Assembly (NCBI GenBank): GCA_905178155.1
Contig: CAJINV010000012.1
Span: forward strand, 3,219,144 to 3,283,143
Source of the DNA: Amoebophrya sp. A120
Taxonomy: Eukaryota; Protista; Dinoflagellata
DNA length: 64,000 bases
Direction of reading: 5' to 3'
A model generated the notes under the pieces. That model made no database searches. It saw only the letters and a list, made by a program, of their open reading frames with translations, and was not told the origin of the DNA. The translations under genes were made by a program, and so were the position numbers. This document shows positions 54,517 through 64,000 of the stretch, piece after piece (the stretch's first letter is position 1; every line of letters starts with the position of its first letter).

Positions 54517-57500
54517 ATGCGGTCTGCTCCCTCTTGTCTGCTCGTCGCAGCTGTTGCTTTCTCGGGCGTCCTCATTGCGTGGGCGGCCGACGGCCGCAAC
54601 AATGCGGGTTCCGCTGGTGCATCAGACTCGGATGCTGCACGGCAGCTTCGCGACAGACCCGCAGCAACATCTACTGCATTAGAAAAGCCGCGTGCCTACG
54701 GACTGGATGATCTTCGGTTCGAGCATTTGCAGATTCGATCGGGCGATTTAGATGAGAAACGTGGTGCTGGTGTCCTCGGTGAAGGAAAGCCAACAGGAGG
54801 TCTTGCGGGCCAGGAAGGGGGCAAAGACGCGTCTGGGGATCATTATGAGCCGACACATCGACATGATGATGATGTGGGAGTACCTGCTAGTCAAATGATC
54901 CCGCCGACGACCCTACACCACAAAGATTCTGAAATTCCTCCCGCCGGCGTACCCGAGAGCGGGCTAGCTTCAGAAGACAACAGCGCCTCGGCACCGCCTA
55001 CCTCCGTGGCAAAGATAGTCCGAAATTTAGCGGCGTCGGCGTTCGAGCAAGGAGATATTTTTGAAAACAGCGGGATACTAACCGCTCTTTCCTCTTGGTT
55101 CTCCCCGTCCGCTCGACCGACTACTCGTGAGTTGCAAGATGTGGTTACCACCACCACCACGACGACCACAACCACTTTATTCGTGCCCACGATCTACAAC
55201 ACGTTCACAACCACCACAACCCGAGGCGAGCGCCCGCTGGAAACCTACGACAAGCCGTTGGACTATTTCCAGCTGTTGGCTACAACCACGGCGCCGCCAA
55301 CCACGACCACCACGACGCCAAGCCCCGAGCAGCGGGTCTACGTGCCGACCATCGTGACCCTTATCAACTGCAAAAATGTCTGGGTCTGGAAACTTGTGAT
55401 GCAAGAAAGGGAAAAGTGAACTCACTATAATGCGCTGCCAAGCATGACAAGTTTTTTCCATGGTTCTGAGTTGCGTACTCCGCATGAGAAACTGCGTTTT
55501 TGCATGACTGGGAGGAGGAGCTCTTCGCGGCCATGCAACACAGAGTTCAGAGTCATACCAGACAAGCATGACAAATCTCGCAATCTCCCAGACCCAGACA
55601 TTTTTGCAATGCATAACCCTGCCGCCACTGCCAAAGGTGGGGCCGCGAAGTATAAACATCACAGCCGTGGAGGAAGAGAGGGCCAAGGCCGCCGCGCTGG
55701 AGGGGGTTTCCGCAATACAAAGTACTTCTTTATTTTTACGTGGTTTTTTCAGTTCTTCTTCTTTGTGTTTTCGGAAGATCGATGATGATGACACTGAAGC
55801 TGGTGAACAAGATGATGATCGTTTGCAAATTTTTCAATCGAGCGTAGCTATGTGCAGATCCGGATTCATTGCCTGCTAACGCATGTTTTTCCGACAAGGG
55901 AACAGGAAAAATGGGTTGTCAATTGAATCATCATACATTGTACTTTGTTATCACTATCTATCATGACATTAGTCCTATGCCAAAGACCCGTATAACCGCC
56001 AAAACTAAACAGCCCTCGCACCTCCGACCTCTGCGAAGGAGCTGATGGACGCGAAAGCGGCACTGGAAGCCGCATATGGTAAAGAAAAATTCCCCCTCGT
56101 CCCCATACTGAAGAGGTATGCTTCCAAAAATTTGCGATGCTGATTTGTGACCACAAACCCTGTCTCTCTTGCAAGAGGGCAAGGCAAAAGAATCCGCTGC
56201 ATCATGCAGGCGGTTTGTAATGCTGTTGCGGTTACATGGCAGGCCTCTGCTATGCTAAGCACCTAGACAAAAACACTCCTACGCAGGACTAGGCTCTTCC
56301 TGCAGTGCCTCGCTGCAAGACAGAGCTGATTTGTGTACACAAATGCAGCAACAGAAATCCCCGTTTCGATATGGGGAGGGGGATTTTTCCTGACGATATC
56401 GCAGAAAGGAACATCACAGCTTCGACCACCACACCCCCGCCCTTCGAAACGCTGGTTCGGTTGGAGTGTTCGTTGACGATTCCGGAGACCGTGCAGTTGT
56501 CCCAGGCGGTCTCTCTATGGAGCTCGGACATGACGTTTGTGGACTCGTGGCGCGAGGGCTTTTGTTGGACCGTGCGGTCCGACATCCGGGCAAGGATGTT
56601 GGACTGCAAACAAGTCCGGCTGATGCGCATCGCGGAGTCTGTCGGCTTCGGGAATGATCGGAGGCTGTTGGTGGGAGAAGGTAATCATATTCAACATCCT
56701 GAAGATGCTTACGTGCAGGCGAAGGAAGGCGGAGTGACAAAGGGAGCTGCGAGTACTAGCGTAGTGCATTCACCGGTTTATTCGTCGGATGGGAAAGAAC
56801 GGCACCAGGAGAACATGCTGCAAAAAAACAAACGGACCAACAGTGAAAAACCGCCAACGGGTCTTTTCTACCTTATGTCGGTGAGGAAAAAGAGGAGCCG
56901 CAGGAGGTTGAAAATTCACAGCAGGACAGCACCGACAACTGCAGGCACTAGTAGAGCAGATGATCCGGAATCTGGTGCTCACCATCTTCGTGAGACGAAG
57001 CAGCTGGTGAAAATAAACCCGGTCGTGGATGAAACTAGTTCTAGCACAGCGAGGACCTCCCATGATCATCACCATAACGGTGCACCTGCTCCGCCGGTTG
57101 CAGAGCGGAAGCTGGATGAAAGAAACTTGTCGACGTCTTCTTCAACACAACAAGCCGAGCTACAACTTGTTAATACCGCAGAAGACTACATCAAAGTGAC
57201 AACCGAATCCCCACCAGGGTCTACAACTCATGGAGTTGTACAACGATATCAAGACCCCACGACCACTCGGCACCTCACCACCTCTAACAACGACGACGAC
57301 GACGGTCCGACCCCCGCCCCGGGCCGGCGCGCGGCGAATATCCTGATCGAGTTTTCCATCGGGATGCAATCGGTCGAGGAGTTTGAGGGGGTGGATGTCG
57401 CGCTGGAGGACTTGGCGAAGCACACGCTGGCCGGGAATTTGAATCTGTTCGTGATGCGCGCACAGGCGGCCGACGAGTTTTCACCGGAGACGCGGTTCAT

Positions 57501-57759
57501 TTTGCCGATCATCAAGCAGGTGTCGGATGTGGTCAAAGGTGTGGACTTCGAGTCCGGGGGAAGCGGAATTCCGTTGGTGCAAGTGGAACAGAGTGCCACA
57601 ACCTCGAGCGGGTCACGAAGATACAGTGGAGGCGGGATTTTTTCAGAAAGTTTTCCTCTATTTGGTTCTTCTCTTCTAGCAGTTCTCTTTTCCGCTCAAG
57701 TTTTCCTTGCATCCTTTCTCGTCGACGTGGCTGCTCCGCTGCAGAAGTATCAGGGATGA
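54517..57759 (+). CDS. Secreted or surface mucin-like protein, possible C-terminal TM/GPI anchor
   Basis: Signal peptide, poly-Thr tracts, hydrophobic C-terminus; 2 introners and a probable GT-AG intron 55722-56012. Confidence 0.7.
55362..55615. mobile_element. TIR introner (family A)
   Basis: DR ACCCT. Confidence 0.94.
56075..56398. mobile_element. TIR introner (family E)
   Basis: DR CCGCA/TCGCA. Confidence 0.9.
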
Positions 57760-58549
57760 TGTCGGTGTGATTTCAAAAGGACCGACAACATTCTACAGAT
57801 TGGAGCGCCTCTGCATGCTTGCTAGAAAGAGACTGTTCTCGAATAAACGAATCATGCCCCCCCTTCCACTTGTCGTTTTCAAGCTCCCTGTTCTAGTAGT
57901 ACTGTGAACTTCAGCGAAAAAGAAAAATTCTACCCCATGACAGAAAGTAAGTGTAACCCTCTTTGCTTTCTGTATGATGACTTGTACGATTCTTTGTTGG
58001 ACGAAAGTATCAAGAACATCATGCCAAGAAAAAAATGGCGGCCATTCATCGCTTCCTTCGATTGTAGTGCCCCATGAGAACATGAATATGGACAAATGTA
58101 TTCGTGCAAGTGCTAAAACCAGTATTGTTCATGATTCTTCGGTGGCTTAGTTTCTTCGTGCCCATGGTGCCCCTGAGGGGTGGTGTAGATGGAGCACTGC
58201 GTGCGGGTGTATTTTTGTACCGCTGCAGTTCGTGTGAGTTGTAAGTTATTAGGATGGCACCTACAAGATGATCTTGATTTACAAGAACTGACAGCTGCAA
58301 GATCATTCACATGATCCTACTTCGCAGTTCAAAAACAAACCTGACGACATCGGTATAAGTTTAAGTGGTTTTTTTGCATTCTTTTCGTTCGATACAAGAA
58401 GATGGAGAAATAATACAAGTCAAGATGTAGGGCGCCACGCGCCTATCGTCCGTCCCATCGTGGTCTGCTCCTCGTCGTCGGACTAGAAGTCCTCGTGACT
58501 GCTTCTGGTAAGGCGCGAGCTGCTGCTCGTGCACCGCGGCCGCGCCAGA

Positions 58550-61500
58550 ATGGAGAAGAGCAACGTGTTTTTGCTTATGGAAAGAAGAGGAGCGACAATT
58601 TGTGATATATTATAATGTTAATAGCCCCCTAGCCCTACTTATTTCGGGGTGATACTCAACATCTTCGTAATTATCGCCACTTAAAATTGATGAAAGCAAA
58701 CACGGAAAGAAGAAGCAAGCGGGCTACAGAAAATTCGTTATTCGCAATTTTTGATATCACAAGTTTTTCGTTTTAATCCCTTTTCGTATGCCTTCAACCA
58801 AGACCATACGTGCTTCATTTGCGGTACGACCCAGGGCTTTCGGGTCTTCACGATTAACCCGCTCGTGGAAGTGCACCGGAGGGAATCGATCACTATTGGA
58901 AACATCGGTGGAGGTAGTACAGGAAGTAATAATGCCGCGCAAGATGGTGCCACTGCAGGAGTACCACCTCAACCGGGTGGAGGCGGGGGTGTCACAACAG
59001 GAGCAGCTACCGCCAGTAGCGCATCCTCCTCCTCCGCCGGTGGAGCTGCTGCATCTGCGCTGCAAGCCGGAGCGCCACCTCAGGTGGACCCAAATAGTAC
59101 AACAACAGGTACTAGCAACCTGAAAATGCAGCAGTCCAATGCGTGCGGCCTGGTTGCGATGCTTTTTAAAACGAACATTTTCCCGCTGGTGCGCTCGATA
59201 GATATCCAGTGCAAATATGTCTGGGTCTGGAAACCTGTGATGCTGAGTTGCGCATGATTGAAGCGCGTGCAATGGCAGCCAAGCATGACAAGTTTTTCAG
59301 ACGCCTGTTGATGCCTAGCACGCATTACAAATTGCGTTTTTGCATGACAAAGGAGCCCTCTTTTGCTGCTCATGCAACACAGATTTTCCACGAATGCACG
59401 ACACGCATTACAAGTTCCACTTTTCCAGACCCAGACATATTTGCATTTGATCATAGACAATGGGAAGCAGTTTTCGAACCGGGTGCAAATCTGGGACGAC
59501 AACAAGCAGGCGCTGGTGGGGGAGTTGTCCAACAGGCATGAGGTGCGCGGCTATCCCACAGAAAAAAGCACGCTGGTCATATTTGTAATGCGAAAACAAA
59601 TACAGAAAAAAAACTTGCGCTGCGCCTGCGTATCCTAAACAGCATGCTACGCGGCTGCCCATGACAGATTTTTCTGTGTGTTTGTTTTTGCATTACAGAT
59701 ATGCCCTGCCAGCTCTTTTCTGTGGGATAGCGGCGTCATTCTGCGCAGAGACGTGATCGCCATGGTCTGCGAGTACAGTATCTACCTGTACTATGCAAGA
59801 AAAAAACTGTGTAAGTGTAGCTCTGTAATGCAAAATTTGCAACAGAGTTACACCTGTCATGCCACACAGCCTTGAAGTCCTTTTTTCATGTGTATTTTCC
59901 CTTACAAGCCACGCATGACAGGTTTTCTCTGTCATGCAGAGCAAATTTGTGATGCTGTCAGCCAAAGAAAGTTACACTAACACAGTTTTTTTCTTGGATA
60001 TGTACACGACGGACGTTTTACGCCTCATCCTGCACGTGGCCACCTCGGGCAACCCGCGCGGGCTCTGCGCGCTGAGCCCGAAGGGGGACATCTGGGTGCT
60101 CTGTTGCCCGGGACAGACGGCAGGTTTGGAACCGGGTTTTTTTTGTTTGTGTGCGTTCTTGGTTCATCGATTATACTTGCATCTGACGCATCAGAAGTCA
60201 GGAGATGTGTCTCCATTTTCCCATGACATTGACAAATTTGAGGACTACGTGCGGTCAACAAAGGTACCATCCGCGTGCAGCATGGGCAGATTGAAGACCA
60301 ACAGTTAATCACCCCGAGTACGTATGCTTTACAAAAGTTGCATCTCAGTCGTACTAGCTTGCATCGCATGACAAATGTTGTCGAACAAAACGGAAGTTGT
60401 CATGCAGATTAGGGTAAGGAAAGCAGAATATTGCAAACAGAAACATTGCAAACATGTGGACATGCGTCGAGTGCGACAACTACGACTAGTACTACGATGC
60501 TTTTGCACGGGATAGTACCAACGCGCACCAGTCGCACGTCTTTACCGCTCATCAGTCGTCGCTCGCCGCGCTCTCCATAACACAAACCGGGACTTTAATC
60601 GCCTCGGCCTCCGAGCAGGGCACCGTGGTCCGGGTGTTTTCCGCCAAAAACGGGCAAGTGTTGCACGAGCTGAGGCGGGGAAGCAGTCCCTGCAGTATCT
60701 CGTGCCTGACATTTCGATCGGATGACAGGTGAGAGTATAGATACATAGGAAAACTCAAACTTTTTTTCTACTGCGAAGATTGGGTCTCTCATAGTCACGC
60801 AAAGATTAGCTGCATGAGTGCCACCATTGCATGTACACGGTGCGGCACGGAAATAAGTAAAAAAAGCTCTGTATTAGAAGTAGAACGAGGACGACTACCT
60901 CCTTGCGTCCTGAAATCAGCCTGCCATCATGTTATGAACACGACCAGGTTCCTCGCGGTCGCTTCGAACAGCCCGACCATCCACATTTTTCGGCTGGACG
61001 GCTACAACGCGGAGCAACTTTCCGCTGCTTCCGAGGACGCACTGCAGGCCGCGGGCGAAGCCGGCCAGGCGGGGCTTGCGTCACGAAGTACCGCAGGTGG
61101 ACTACAGCAGGGCAGCTACCAATTGCAAATACGTCTGGGTGTGGAAAGTTGGAACTTGTAATGCTGATCTTGCATTCCCGTGAAATCTGTATTGCATGAC
61201 CAACAAAAGTGGTAGCCTCTCATGTCATACAAAAACGCAGTTTGTCATGCGGAGTTCGTATGAGAAAGTGTTCTGCAAACTTGTCATGCTTTCCTGCATA
61301 AAGTTGAATAAAGGAAGTGGAAGTGCTTTCCTCTTGCACATTTTAGCATCACAAATTTCCAGACCCAGACATATTTGCATTTGATAGCAGCGTCGAGGCG
61401 ACAACTACTACCGGGAATGCAGTAGCTTCCTCTACAACTGGGCCCGCATCACACGACGTAAATCGTGGGGGAGGTGCCGCCAGCAGCAGTACTTCTAGTG

Positions 61501-63094
61501 GCTATGCGGCCGCCACGGGGAACATCTTGACGGGGGAGAACGTGAAGGAACAACTCGGGAATCTAATTTCTTCCAGCGGAGTAGTAGCGGAGAGGATAAA
61601 GGAGGGGCTGAACCAGGTCGTCGATCAGTTCAATAACCAAAGCGAACTGAAAGAAAACCTGAAAAGCGCAGTGCCACGGTACTTTAACGAATAATAGCGA
61701 TCATGTTCGTGGTGCATGACAAAATAAAAGTTGTGGTCTGCTGCCCTGAAGATCATGAAACCACTACGTCAGAACACTACAAAGCTCTGTGAAGCAATAC
61801 AAATAGTTGCAGCTTGTTATTTTACCGCCTGGTTTTTGTTTTATTATGATTCATCTCAATTTCTAACTCTATCCGAAGGTATTTCCTCGCTTCGCGCTCC
61901 TACGCCCAGTGGAAGGTGCCTGATATGCCGAACACGTCCACCGAAGAGTCCAATACCTGGGACCGGCAAAAGTACCCAGATTTCCGCGCCCAGCACAGCA
62001 GCATCCGCGGGCCGCTGGTGTGCTTTGGCCCGCCCGAGCACGACACATTTTACGTGTTGCACTACAATGGGTTCATTTACGAGGTCAGCATGGTCGCCAG
62101 TAGCGGGGATCACGCAGTGGCAGGAGGGTCTTTTGGGGAAGACGGTAAGGGGAGTTTTTTTGGGAGAAGTAGAACTCAAGGATGTTCTTTGTATTGTCAT
62201 GTTGAAGCAGCTCTTGCACAAGAAACGAGGAGTTTTGATGTCTTGCATGAAAACAGCAGGACAAGCAGCATGAAGATCCTCTACAATAATTTTTGCAAAA
62301 AGAGTACTACTATCGTGCTGTCCGCTACACCAGGTGCGACTCCCAGCAGCGGTGCACTTTTGCGTGGTTCGTTCCTGACAAACCAACTGCAGGCCAGCCC
62401 CAAGCTGTCAGCGACAAACACAGACACCACAAGTAGCCTCGCGGGCGGCGGCGGCACCAGTAGTTCTAGTGCAGCAGCTGCCTCCGGGCAAATATGCATT
62501 GCAAAGATGACGTTTGGGTCTGGGTAAATGACATGCTGAGCAGCAGCCTTGCATGACAAATACAAGGCAATCTTTAGTGCTGCATGATTGGAACATCAGA
62601 TTGTTTTCTGATCTTCGTGCGAGTTCATCTGCCATCTTTAGTATGACAGTCTGATCTTCACCGCATGAGAAAAGCATTCGCCGATAATCCTCTCCATGCA
62701 ATACAGATCTGGGCGTCGCGCAACTCCCGCATCACAAGTCCAGACCCAGGCAGCTGCATATTTGCAATGCATAGAACATGATCGGACAGCACCTGAAGGA
62801 GGTGATTCCGGGCGTCCACGTCCAGGCAACCACCCATTTAGTTCAGGCGCACGCGTTATGCATGGCAAAAGTATCGTACTGGTATAAATCGCATGACAAA
62901 TTAGCTCAGCATGAGAAATGGAATTTGTCATGCTGATTTACCTCGGGATGGAGATTTGTAATGCATGACTGCGATTTTTACTACGAGTGCGATGCTTTTG
63001 CACAGGATACGCATGGTTCGCGTCGAGGCCTGATTTCCAGATGCACAAACAAATCGTCGGAGCGGACGATGAGGCGGATTGGCAGCTGATATAA
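58550..63094 (+). CDS. ATG18: ATG18/WIPI-family PROPPIN beta-propeller; start codon uncertain
   Basis: FNQDHTCF..GFRVF, VQIWDD, NPRGLCALS, AHQS, ASASEQGTVVRVF, ELRRGS, TIHIF, PRYF; 7 introners and GT-AG introns 60124-60263, 60729-60947, 61679-61878. Confidence 0.93.
59203..59452. mobile_element. TIR introner (family A)
   Basis: DR ATAGA; right end GATC. Confidence 0.92.
59552..59729. mobile_element. TIR introner
   Basis: TATCCCACAGAAAA...TTTTCTGTGGGATA; DR GCGGC. Confidence 0.93.
59792..60000. mobile_element. TIR introner (family D-like)
   Basis: DR TGTAC. Confidence 0.93.
60323..60514. mobile_element. TIR introner (family C-like)
   Basis: DR GTACG/GTACC. Confidence 0.85.
61117..61386. 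mobile_element. TIR introner (family A)
   Basis: DR GCAGC; left end TACC. Confidence 0.92.
62493..62773. mobile_element. TIR introner (family A-like)
   Basis: TATGCATTGCAAA...TTTGCAATGCATA; DR GCAAA/GAACA. Confidence 0.85.
62857..63009. mobile_element. TIR introner (family C)
   Basis: DR CGCGT/CGCAT. Confidence 0.9.
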
Positions 63095-64000
63095 TGTTGA
63101 GCATCTATCACGAACACGATGTGGAGATATTTTTTACAAGAAAGCGAAGGGAATTCAATGGGTCAAACAGCTCAAGAACAGGTCGTAGAACTAGAAGAAC
63201 AGAAACAGATTAAGAATAAGTTACAGTTTTGGATGATTTAGAAAGATAGATGGATACGAAGTAATAATAATTGCCACCACGTGTTACATCGAGAATCTCA
63301 ATCTGCAGTGGAATTTGAAGGTGCTTATCCAAAGCCATTTTGTGCGATTCGTGTAGGTTAGGTTCTTTGGAAAATGAAAATAAGCAAGCGAGACACTATG
63401 GTTGGCCGTGGCTCCACCTTCCGCCGAGTTAGAAAAAAACACGTCACTTAAGAAGATGCAAAGACCATCAGGCTTCTTTACCCACCGGGTCCGGGACCGG
63501 CCGCGAAAGATATTCGTTACTATCCCCGATGAAAAGGGAGACGAGCCAAAAATAAACGTCCATTTTGAAAAGAAGAGTGGCGCGCGACGGCGATCACGCG
63601 GGATCTGTGTTCTTCCAGCAGCACGTGTTGTTCTGGGTTCTGGCACGTAGATGAAACGGTTTTCTCATTTCGAGTTGAACTTCATCGTGTAGTTGGTGTA
63701 TGGCGTCCCTGCTGCTTTCCAACACGGGCATGAGTGGAACCGTTGAGGAGCTCTGGTTTTTTTCGGAATCAGATGGAGCGGAACTAGATGAAATGTTTTC
63801 GAAGTCAAGATGATTTTGGCGTCCGAAACTCCGGTCAAGATAATATGCCGCAGCAATAGAGTTTGTCGGTGCTTTCTTTAGCTCGTAAGCGACATGCGGC
63901 GAACGTCCGTACCAGGATAAAAAAGTAGCTGTACTAGAACTAGCAATGCAAAACATGATGGCATAATCCGCATCTGAGCTGCAACGCAGTAGCTGCTTTA

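Noticed and set aside
2511-61386. Recurring peptides [15 protein letters not shown] and FQTQTFLHL as a protein repeat family
   Set aside because: They are translations of the family A TIR in different frames, not coding sequence.
63284-63956. Minus-strand gene at the window end
   Set aside because: Two short ORFs in different frames with no motif or clear splice support.
1-64000. rRNA, tRNA or dinoflagellate spliced-leader relics
   Set aside because: None recognised by eye; a covariance-model search was not possible.

Overview
Eukaryotic, intron-rich genomic DNA, most likely the parasitic dinoflagellate relative Amoebophrya (Syndiniales). This is inferred from the intron architecture, not from a search. 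About ten genes can be reconstructed, all on the + strand: a multi-TM protein, a secreted Cys-rich repeat protein, a ~25-kb gene for a ~4,365-aa low-complexity protein, a DEDDh exonuclease, APC5, a small secreted Cys-rich protein, RPS14, a mucin-like surface protein and ATG18/WIPI. The dominant feature is ~59 MITE-like elements (mostly 143-406 bp, TAT...ATA ends, terminal inverted repeats, 5-bp or rarely 3-bp direct repeats) inserted in coding sequence. Removing each element plus one repeat-length restores the reading frame at almost every junction checked by hand, so they behave as non-canonical 'introner' introns, and they do so in either orientation. One introner carries a nested 3.85-kb 5'-truncated non-LTR retrotransposon (RT YVDD, RNase H-like region, (CAA)n tail, 6-bp TSD). 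Other observations: a 625-bp exon+introner tandem duplication, a GCAT[GCT]ACA motif shared by unrelated introner families, third-codon-position bias in diverged direct repeats, and an introner apparently converted to a GT-AG intron in RPS14. All coordinates and counts were made by eye. Family letters A-H are my own labels.
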